DNA of 64,000 bases from Streptosporangiaceae bacterium. Lineage in GTDB: Bacteria > Actinomycetota > Actinomycetes > Streptosporangiales > Streptosporangiaceae. The notes under the pieces are model-generated. The model ran no database searches and was not told where the DNA came from. It saw only the letters and a list, made by a program, of their open reading frames with translations. The position numbers and the translations under genes were made by a program. Of this stretch, positions 8,946-16,173 are shown in pieces; positions within the stretch are counted from its first letter, which is position 1; each line of letters starts with the position of its first letter. Location: assembly GCA_036555725.1 (NCBI GenBank), contig DATBKU010000039.1:742-64741 (forward strand), written 5' to 3'.

Positions 8946-9791
8946 GTGGAAGATCTGACGGCGGAGGTCGTCCGCAGGCTCGACACCACCCCCGATCCGC
9001 GGTTTCGCGAGGTGATCCAGGCGCTCGTACGGCACCTGCACGCGTTCACCCGGGAGGTCTCGCTCACCGAGGAGGAGTGGATCGCCGGGATCCGGTTCCT
9101 CACCGAGACCGGGCAGAACTGCGACGACAAGCGGCAGGAGTTCATCCTGCTGTCCGACACGCTGGGCCTGTCCATGCTGGTCGACGAGGTCAACCACGAG
9201 GCCGGCGGCGCCATGACCGAGTCGACGGTGCTCGGCCCGTTCTACGTGGCCGGCGCGCCGCTCAAGGAGTACGGCGAATCGATCGTGCTCCAGGACGACG
9301 CGGAACGGGCCGTGATCTCCGGCGTGGTCCGCGGGACCGACGGCAAGCCCATCCCAGGCGCGCTGCTCGACGTCTGGCAGACCTCCTCCAACGGGCTGTA
9401 CGACGTGCAGGACCCGGGGCAGCCGCCGTACAACCTGCGCGGCCGGTTCCACGCCCGCGACGACGGCTCCTACCGGTTCGTCACCGTACGGCCCGCGCCC
9501 TACACCATCCCCGACGACGGCCCGGTCGGGCAGCTGCTGCGCGCCACTGATCGGCACCCGTGGCGGGCCGCGCACATCCACGTCATCGTCTCGGCCGACG
9601 GCCACCAGCCCGTGACCACGCACATCTTCGACGCCGAGAGCGACTACCTCGACTCCGACGCGGTGTTCGGGGTCAAGGACAGCCTCATCCGCCCCTTCGT
9701 ACGGCACGACGACGTGGAGGAGGCCGCGCGCCTAGGCGTACCGACGCCGTACCTCACCGTCGAGCAGGATTTCGTCCTCGCCCGCTCTTGA
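8946..9791 (+). CDS. intradiol ring-cleavage dioxygenase (hydroxyquinol/catechol 1,2-dioxygenase type)
   Basis: Start preferred at GTG 8946, 8 nt after AAGGAGA; the ORF track starts at 8928. Has LGPFY, RGRF..DDGSYRF.T..P..Y.IP and HPWRAAHIHV motifs. The pairing with maleylacetate reductase suggests a hydroxyquinol branch. Confidence 0.85.
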   Translation: MEDLTAEVVRRLDTTPDPRFREVIQALVRHLHAFTREVSLTEEEWIAGIRFLTETGQNCDDKRQEFILLSDTLGLSMLVDEVNHEAGGAMTESTVLGPFYVAGAPLKEYGESIVLQDDAERAVISGVVRGTDGKPIPGALLDVWQTSSNGLYDVQDPGQPPYNLRGRFHARDDGSYRFVTVRPAPYTIPDDGPVGQLLRATDRHPWRAAHIHVIVSADGHQPVTTHIFDAESDYLDSDAVFGVKDSLIRPFVRHDDVEEAARLGVPTPYLTVEQDFVLARS

Positions 9792-9920
9792 GAGCGGGAG
9801 AACTGCGTCCGGGTTCTTGCTGTCGCGGACCCCGATGCCACCCGCAAGCCGCGCGACCTCCACGCAGTCGCCCCCTTGGGTGTTGCTGTGGCTGCTCTTG
9901 CGCCACACCGGGCTGTTCAT
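9732..9920 (-). CDS. DUF397 domain protein (C-terminus atypical)
   Basis: MNSPVWRKSSHSNTQGGDCVEVARLAGGIGVRDSKNP is the canonical DUF397 core. The last ~20 codons overlap the convergent dioxygenase gene and do not look like the usual DUF397 tail. Confidence 0.55.
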   Translation of the reverse strand: MNSPVWRKSSHSNTQGGDCVEVARLAGGIGVRDSKNPDAVLPLSRAGEDEILLDGEVRRRYA

Positions 9921-10081
9921 CTCATGCTCTTTATCACCTGTCGGATCAGACTCCGGGAGGCGTCCTCGGGCAAGGCCTTTGCGCCGATCCGGTCGTACCT
10001 TACTCCGAAGGCGCGCACCTCCGTATGGCTCAGGATCAGCCGTCCGCCGCCGTGGGCCTCGGTGTAGGCCGGCGTCCACAT
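9917..10081 (-). pseudogene. C-terminal remnant of an XRE-family (DUF5753-type) regulator
   Basis: My translation is MWTPAYTEAHGGGRLILSHTEVRAFGVRYDRIGAKALPEDASRSLIRQVIKSMR*. It ends in an ATGA overlap with the DUF397 start, the usual XRE-DUF397 arrangement. TAA TGA stops lie immediately upstream, so only ~54 codons survive. Confidence 0.45.
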
Positions 10082-10151
10082 TGCAGGCCGAAGACCGACA
10101 GGTCATTACAGCGGCCGAATCAGCCGCTGTGGCTCCTACTGAGCCGATGAT

Positions 10152-11177
10152 CTAGTGGGCGCTGGAGGCGGCCCAGATGTTGATGCCGGCGTCGACGGCG
10201 TCCTTGTCGATGGCAGCGAGCTCGTCGGCGGTGAAGCCGAGCCGGTTGACGGCGTCCAGGCTGTCGTCGAGCTGCCCGACGCTGCTCGCCCCGATCAGCA
10301 CCGAAGTGACGCGGGCGTCCCGCAGCGCCCAGGCGAGCGCCATCTGGGCGAGCGACTGGCCGCGGGCGGCGGCGAGCTCGTTGAGCGTACGGATGTGCGC
10401 CAGCGCCTCGTCGGTGAGCAGGTCCGGCGACAGCGACGTGTCCCGGCTGGCCCGCGAGCCCGCCGGGATGCCGTTCAGGTACTTGTCGGTGAGCATGCCC
10501 TGCGCCAGCGGCGAGAACGCGATACAGCCGATGCCCTCCGCCTCGAGGGTTTCGAGCAGGCCGCCCTCGATCCAGCGGTTCAGCATCGAGTACGACGGTT
10601 GATGGATGAGCGGCGGGGTGCCCATCTCGCGCAGGATCGCGGCGGCCTCGGCGGTGCGCTCCGGCGAGTACGACGAGATGCCCGCGTACAGCGCCTTGCC
10701 GGACCGTACGGCCTGGTCGAGTGCGCCCATCGTCTCCTCGAGCGGGGTCTCCGGGTCGAAGCGGTGGCTGTAGAAGATGTCGACGTAGTCGAGGCCCATG
10801 CGCGCGAGCGACTGGTCGAGGCTGGCGAGGAGGTACTTGCGCGAGCCCCATTCGCCGTACGGGCCGGGCCACATGTCGTACCCGGCCTTGGTGGAGATGA
10901 CGAGCTCGTCGCGGTACGGCCGGAAGTCCTGGGCGAAGAGCGTGCCGAAGTTGGCCTCGGCCGAGCCGTACGGCGGGCCGTAGTTGTTGGCCAGGTCGAA
11001 GTGGGTCACGCCGCGGTCGAACGCCCGGCGCAGGATCGCCCGCTGGGTCTCGAGCGGCCGGTCGTCGCCGAAGTTGTGCCACAGCCCGAGCGATATGGCG
11101 GGCAGTTTGAGCCCGCTCCGCCCGCAGCGCCGGTAGGGAAAGCTGTCGTAACGATCGTCAGCGGCGAGATAGGTCAT
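10152..11177 (-). CDS. aldo/keto reductase (YghZ/Gpr-like, L-glyceraldehyde-3-phosphate reductase type)
   Basis: Start at MTYLAADDRYDSFPYRRCGRSGLKLPAISLGLWHNFG. Has DLANNYG and other AKR motifs. The upstream 94 ORF-track codons belong to the overlapping kinase region. Confidence 0.9.
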   Translation of the reverse strand: MTYLAADDRYDSFPYRRCGRSGLKLPAISLGLWHNFGDDRPLETQRAILRRAFDRGVTHFDLANNYGPPYGSAEANFGTLFAQDFRPYRDELVISTKAGYDMWPGPYGEWGSRKYLLASLDQSLARMGLDYVDIFYSHRFDPETPLEETMGALDQAVRSGKALYAGISSYSPERTAEAAAILREMGTPPLIHQPSYSMLNRWIEGGLLETLEAEGIGCIAFSPLAQGMLTDKYLNGIPAGSRASRDTSLSPDLLTDEALAHIRTLNELAAARGQSLAQMALAWALRDARVTSVLIGASSVGQLDDSLDAVNRLGFTADELAAIDKDAVDAGINIWAASSAH

Positions 11178-12216
11178 GGGAGGGAGTCTGCCATCCGGGC
11201 AGCGGGAACCGCGGCGGTGCACCGCCCGGCGCCGACGTGTCGACGTGCGGCCGGGCGCCCACCTGCGAGACGGCGACCGCTCCGGCCCGGCAGCCGGCCA
11301 CGAGGGCGGCGCGCTCGCCGGCCCCGGTGAGGCGGGCGGCGAGGAACCCTCCGGCGAAGGCGTCGCCCGCCCCGGTCGAGTCGATCGGCGCCACCCGGCG
11401 TCCCGGCACGCGTACGACCACCCGGCCTTGGCGCGCGGCCAGTGCGCCCACCCCGCCAAGCTTGACCACGGCCAGGCTGTACGTCCGGCTGAGCGCGGCG
11501 GCGGCGGTCTCGATGTCGGCCTCGCCGGTCAGCAGTACGGCCTCGTCGCGGTTGGGCAGGATGACGCAGCCGGCGGTGGCCTCGACGAACTGCTCGACGC
11601 CGAAGTCGGACAGGAACCCGGTCGACGCCGGGTCGACGCTGATCGGCACGCCGCGCCGCCGGGCCTGGTTCATCGCCAGCCGGACGAGGTCCCGTCCGCC
11701 CGGGCTGAACAGCGCGTAGCCCGACACGTGCAGGTGGGCGCTGCCGTCGAGGAGGTCGTCGCGCCAGTCGGCCGGGGACAGGTGGCCGCCCGCGCCGCGA
11801 TGGGTGAGCATGGTCCGCTCCCCGGCCGCGTCGACCATGACGACGATGACGGCCGTGGGCCGGTTCGGATCGACCTGGAGATGCGGCCGTACGCCCGCGG
11901 CCACGAGCTGCCGGCGGTGCCACTCGCCCGTGTCCGACCCGACCCGCGCCAGCAGCCGTACGTCCGCACCGAGCGAGGCGGCCCACGCGGCGGTGTTCGC
12001 GGCCGACCCACCGGGCCGTACGACGATGTCGGCGGCGGTGTCGGTGCCGGTGGCGATCGGCCGCTGGTGCAGGGCCAGCACGTCGGTGACCACGTCGCCG
12101 ATCACCAGCAGGCCGGGCCGGCGGCGCGGACGTTCCGCATGCGTCCCCTGCTGGTACCCGGCCCAGGCCGCGGCGCGCGTCTGCGGCGCGCGCGACTGCC
12201 GTCCGTTCGGGGTCAT
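11158..12216 (-). CDS. psuK: PfkB-family carbohydrate kinase, probable pseudouridine kinase
   Basis: Start at MTPNGRQ (ATG 12216, ATGA overlap with the psuG stop). GGSAANTA and DSTGAGDAFAGGF PfkB signatures. Operon partner of the pseudouridine-5'-phosphate glycosidase. Confidence 0.75.
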   Translation of the reverse strand: MTPNGRQSRAPQTRAAAWAGYQQGTHAERPRRRPGLLVIGDVVTDVLALHQRPIATGTDTAADIVVRPGGSAANTAAWAASLGADVRLLARVGSDTGEWHRRQLVAAGVRPHLQVDPNRPTAVIVVMVDAAGERTMLTHRGAGGHLSPADWRDDLLDGSAHLHVSGYALFSPGGRDLVRLAMNQARRRGVPISVDPASTGFLSDFGVEQFVEATAGCVILPNRDEAVLLTGEADIETAAAALSRTYSLAVVKLGGVGALAARQGRVVVRVPGRRVAPIDSTGAGDAFAGGFLAARLTGAGERAALVAGCRAGAVAVSQVGARPHVDTSAPGGAPPRFPLPGWQTPSHDLSRR

Positions 12217-13163
12217 GAGGCGCTGTTTCCCGAGTCGGCCGCCCAGCAGGCCGCGATCTGGGCGGCGAGCCGTACGTTGCCGCGGACGGCGGCGAGGTTG
12301 GCCTCCAGCGACGCGCCGCCGGTGTGCCGGACGAGATAGTCGAGCAGGAACGGCGTGCTGGCCTGTCCGGAGACCCGCTCGCGGTCGGCGGCGGCGAGGG
12401 CGTCGGCCAGGACGCGGTCGTGCAGGGCCGGGTCGAGCTGTTCGCTCTCCGGCACCGGGTTGGCGACGACGAGCGCGCTCGCCGGGCCGCCCAGCACGTC
12501 CTGGCCGCGCATGATCGCCGCGACCTCCTGCGGCGAGTCGACCGCCCAGTCGACGGGTTCGCCGGAGCTGTGCAGGTAGAAGCCGGGGAAGGTGGCGGTA
12601 CGGTACCCGGCCACGGTCACGTTCAGCGTCTCCAGGCGCTGCAGGGTCGCCGGCACGTCGAGGATCGACTTGACCCCGGAGCACACCACGGTGATCCGCG
12701 TACGGCTCAGCAGGTCGAGGTCGGCGGACTCGTCCCAGCTGCTCGTCCAGTCGCGGTGCACCCCGCCGAGGCCGCCGGTGGCGAAGACCCGGATGCCCGC
12801 CCGCGCCGCGAGGAAGGCCGTGGCCGACACCGTCGTTCCGCCGCTCGCCCCGGTGCCGAGTGCGGCCGGGAGGTCGCGGTAGCCGAGCTTGCGCATGCCG
12901 GGCTCGCCCGCGATCCGCTCCAGCCCGGCCGGGTCGAGCCCGATGTGGGCGACGCCGTCGAGGACCGCGATGGTCGCGGGCACGGCGCCGTCGGCCCGGA
13001 CGAGCCGCTCCAGCTCCCGGGCCACGGCCAGGTTGCGCGGCCGGGGCAGCCCGTGGGAGATGATCGTCGATTCGAGCGCGACTATAGGCGCGCCACGGGC
13101 CACCGCCTCGTCCACCTCGCGGGACAGGCGCAGCTCCGACGTGTAATCGGCGGATGCGGTCAT
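12213..13163 (-). CDS. psuG: pseudouridine-5'-phosphate glycosidase
   Basis: Start at MTASADY. VALESTIISHGLPRPRN and TGGLGGVHR motifs are characteristic of PsuG/IndA. Confidence 0.9.
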   Translation of the reverse strand: MTASADYTSELRLSREVDEAVARGAPIVALESTIISHGLPRPRNLAVARELERLVRADGAVPATIAVLDGVAHIGLDPAGLERIAGEPGMRKLGYRDLPAALGTGASGGTTVSATAFLAARAGIRVFATGGLGGVHRDWTSSWDESADLDLLSRTRITVVCSGVKSILDVPATLQRLETLNVTVAGYRTATFPGFYLHSSGEPVDWAVDSPQEVAAIMRGQDVLGGPASALVVANPVPESEQLDPALHDRVLADALAAADRERVSGQASTPFLLDYLVRHTGGASLEANLAAVRGNVRLAAQIAACWAADSGNSAS

Positions 13164-13312
13164 GGGCGGCCGGCACCTCAGAAAAGTTTCGGGCTGTACG
13201 TAGTTCGAACCGTACGTGGCAGCGCGCGGCTTCGTCCAAGCCGGGATCGGCCATGGCCAGCGCCGGTCGCCGGGGACACGACGTGCCTGCTCACGACGTG
13301 AAATGGGGTCGA

Positions 13313-14011
13313 TCACGCGTGGAGCACGACGGCGATCTCGGCGCCGCGCGGCGTCATCGAGCCGGGCACCGGGGTCTGCGTGCGCACCGAGCCGTTGCCG
13401 TTCGTCACGACCACGCGCAGCCCGTACTTGGCCGCCGCCGCCCGGGCCTGGGCCAGGCTGAGCCCGCGCAGGTACGGCACCGTCACCTGATCCGCGGCCG
13501 GAACGCCGTTGGAAACGTACAGGGTGACCCGCCCGCCGATCGGCAGGCCGGTTCCGGCCGCGGGGAAGCTTCGGACGACCTGTCCGGCGGGCAGCGCGGA
13601 CGGGACGCGCAGGATGTTGGCGACGATCAGCCGGGTGGCCCGCAGCCGTACGCGGGCGGTCTGCTGGTCGAGTCCCTCGGTCGGGGGCACGGCGACGTGG
13701 GGGGTGATCGCGACGCGCCGGACCGGCGCCTTCCCGGCCGGGGCCGCGGGCGCCACCGTCTCGACGGGCGCGCCGTCCTGCTGGGTGGCCGCCGCGGGCC
13801 GGGCCGGTGTCTCCGGGCCGGAGTCGCCGCTCAGGTGGCCCATCAGGGTCACCATTGCGAGCACCGCGGCGACGCCGGCGGTCATGATGCCGCCCAAAGT
13901 CAGCATCGTGCGGGTCGACATGTCCTGGTCAGGCCGCCGCTCCTCGGGATCGGCCGCCCAGGTCCTGGTCTGTTCGCGGGTGGTCTCGGGCATCGTCGCT
14001 GTCTCTTCCAC
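13313..14011 (-). CDS. membrane-anchored PASTA-domain protein
   Basis: One TM helix (MLTLGGIMTAGVAAVLAMVTLM), an Ala/Pro linker, then two PASTA-like repeats (VPYLRGLSLAQARAAAAKYGLRVVV...). The start could instead be ATG 13993. Confidence 0.65.
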   Translation of the reverse strand: MEETATMPETTREQTRTWAADPEERRPDQDMSTRTMLTLGGIMTAGVAAVLAMVTLMGHLSGDSGPETPARPAAATQQDGAPVETVAPAAPAGKAPVRRVAITPHVAVPPTEGLDQQTARVRLRATRLIVANILRVPSALPAGQVVRSFPAAGTGLPIGGRVTLYVSNGVPAADQVTVPYLRGLSLAQARAAAAKYGLRVVVTNGNGSVRTQTPVPGSMTPRGAEIAVVLHA

Positions 14012-14174
14012 CGAGGGCTCGCCGCACGCTCGCCGCTAATGGTTGGGATGCACCGGCCCCACGCCAAGTTCGCGACACGCCGCGGACTCGGTGGCCGCGG
14101 CTCTGCGGCATAGGGCACACGGGGCGGCGGGTGGGGTGCCTATCGTCGGGGGAGACGATCGGGAGGTGGGTTGG

Positions 14175-14426
14175 ATGTCGGAGGCGGGCAGCCTGTCGGC
14201 GGCGGAGTTCGGGACGGCGTTCAAGGGGTTCCTGGAGCAGGCGGCGCAGGGGGTCGAGGCGCCCGAGCCGGTCTTCGCGCAGCTGATCCGGGGGCTCTTC
14301 GACGCGGAGCCGGCGCAGCTGCCGATCCTGTCGCAGCAGTTCGAGGTGTCCGACCACCCCAACGTGCAGATCGCGATGGGCGCCGTCATCGGGGCGTCCC
14401 GCGCGGAGCGCCCTGCTAGGGGATGA
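14175..14426 (+). CDS. 83-aa hypothetical protein; possibly the truncated N-terminus of an AAA+ ATPase
   Basis: ATG 14175 follows GGGAGG. High GC3. MSEAGSLSAAEFGTAFKGFLEQAA...LPILSQQFEVSDHPNVQIAMGAV. The stop overlaps the 3' end of the convergent GTPase gene by 11 nt. Confidence 0.4.
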   Translation: MSEAGSLSAAEFGTAFKGFLEQAAQGVEAPEPVFAQLIRGLFDAEPAQLPILSQQFEVSDHPNVQIAMGAVIGASRAERPARG

Positions 14427-16170
14427 GGCGGAGGATCCACCAGACGGTGAGGGCGAGGGCGGCGGCGTTGAGGAGCGACAGGCCGATGAGGATCGCCCAG
14501 CGGCCGGCCTGATAGCTCGCCGGGACCAGCTCGGCCGGGCGACCGCGGGCCGTCCAGGGGTCGCGCAGGGCGGCCGCGGGGACCTCGGGCTCGGTGGCGT
14601 GGCGGGGCGTGTGGCCGTTGAGCGAGAGCCCGCTCACCCAGCCGAGGAGTTCGGCCACGGCGGACGGGTCGGTGTCGAGGCCGGAGGCGAAGTAGCGGAC
14701 CTGCGCGGCGACTTGGTCGAGCGTACGGACCGTATTGCCCATGCCGAGGCCGGCCAGCCAGGAGCGGACGTCGGGGCCGGCGCCGTTGGCCGGGCAGAGG
14801 GAGCCGCCGATCACGGTCTGCCCGAGCAGGTCGGCCTTGGTGAGCACCACGGCAATCCGCTTCTGCCGGCCCCGATCGGGGCGGGACCGTACCTCGTTGA
14901 GGACGCGCTGCAGAGTGTCGGCCGGGTCCTCGTCGGACGTGGCGGCCGCCTTGGCGACCCGCTCGCGCTCCTCGTCGGTCAGCGCCCGCCGCACCTCCGG
15001 CAGCGCGAACGGGTCGACCACGAACAGCAGCGCCTCGCCGTGTTCGAGGTAGCGCAGCGACTCCACCTGGGTCGCCCCGGTGAAGTGCTCGCCGGCCGGG
15101 TCGTACAGGTAGAGGATCCGGCGGGCGGCGCCGGGCAGGTCGACGTCGACCATGGTGGCGAGCGGCAGCTCGGGTCCGGTCTTGGCCAGCTGCCCGCCCC
15201 GTTGGAACTCCGCGAGCGCCCCCGCGTACGCCTGCGCGTGCCGGGCCTCGACGAACGCCACCCGTCCGGTCATCGCCTGGGTGCGGCGGCTCAGCGCCCG
15301 GATGGCGAGGAACATGAACGTCGTCTTGCCCGCCGCCGGGCCGCCGACGAACGGCAGTGGCTCCACGCGGACCCGCCCGATCCGCTCCGGCAGCCGTCCC
15401 GCGCAGTGCGGGCAGTACGGGGTCAGCCGGAACCGGCCGAGTGGGATCGTCGTCGGGAGCCGGGCGCCGCACCGGCACACGTGCCGGGACGCGCCCCAGC
15501 CGTTCGGGGCGAGCCGCCGGTGCCGCGCGCCACAGGAGGGGCACTCGTAGACCGGCAGCGCGATCTTCTCGTAGCAGAACGGGTGCGGGCAGGTCTGCAG
15601 GATCCGGCCGTAGGCCATGAAGCCGCGCTCGACGGCGGCCAGCAGCAGCACACAGCCCAGCCAGGCGGCCAGGCCGGTCACGGCGACGATCCCGTACAAC
15701 ACCCCGAGTGCGACGCCGAGGACGCCGACCGGCACCGCGGCGAGCACGATCCCGCCGCAGATCGCCAGCCACAGCGGGAAGGTGAAGAAGCCGCGCGGCC
15801 CGTCGAGCAGCGACTTCGTCGTGGCGGCCAGCGCCCGCATCGCGACGGTGCGCACCCGCGGCAGGACCGTACGGACGATCATCCACCAGTCGAACCAGAC
15901 CTGGGACAGCAGGTAGTGGCGGTAGGCCGGCTCGGCACCTTCAGCCAGGGATCCGATCGGCGGGCTCATCGGCGGCGTATCGACCGGTGCGGGCCCGTCC
16001 GCCCGGGCGGTGACCAGCGCCCGCCAGGCGTGCCGGTAGTAGTACCCGACGACCGCGACGGTGGTCGCGACCAGCACGGCCGAGAAGACGACCGGGAAGA
16101 CGAAGACGAACCCAACGCCCATGACGGCCAGCCAGACCACCACGAGCAGCACCGCGACGAAGAAGGGCAT
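14416..16170 (-). CDS. polytopic membrane protein with double zinc ribbon and P-loop GTPase domain
   Basis: About 4-5 N-terminal TM helices and one C-terminal TM helix (WAILIGLSLLNAAALALTVWWIL). Cys pairs CPHPFC..CPSC and CRC..CPHC. G1 GGPAAGKTT, G3 YDPAGE, G4-like TKAD. The ATG lies 3 nt after the upstream stop. Confidence 0.8.
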   Translation of the reverse strand: MPFFVAVLLVVVWLAVMGVGFVFVFPVVFSAVLVATTVAVVGYYYRHAWRALVTARADGPAPVDTPPMSPPIGSLAEGAEPAYRHYLLSQVWFDWWMIVRTVLPRVRTVAMRALAATTKSLLDGPRGFFTFPLWLAICGGIVLAAVPVGVLGVALGVLYGIVAVTGLAAWLGCVLLLAAVERGFMAYGRILQTCPHPFCYEKIALPVYECPSCGARHRRLAPNGWGASRHVCRCGARLPTTIPLGRFRLTPYCPHCAGRLPERIGRVRVEPLPFVGGPAAGKTTFMFLAIRALSRRTQAMTGRVAFVEARHAQAYAGALAEFQRGGQLAKTGPELPLATMVDVDLPGAARRILYLYDPAGEHFTGATQVESLRYLEHGEALLFVVDPFALPEVRRALTDEERERVAKAAATSDEDPADTLQRVLNEVRSRPDRGRQKRIAVVLTKADLLGQTVIGGSLCPANGAGPDVRSWLAGLGMGNTVRTLDQVAAQVRYFASGLDTDPSAVAELLGWVSGLSLNGHTPRHATEPEVPAAALRDPWTARGRPAELVPASYQAGRWAILIGLSLLNAAALALTVWWILRLIP

Positions 16171-16173
16171 GGC

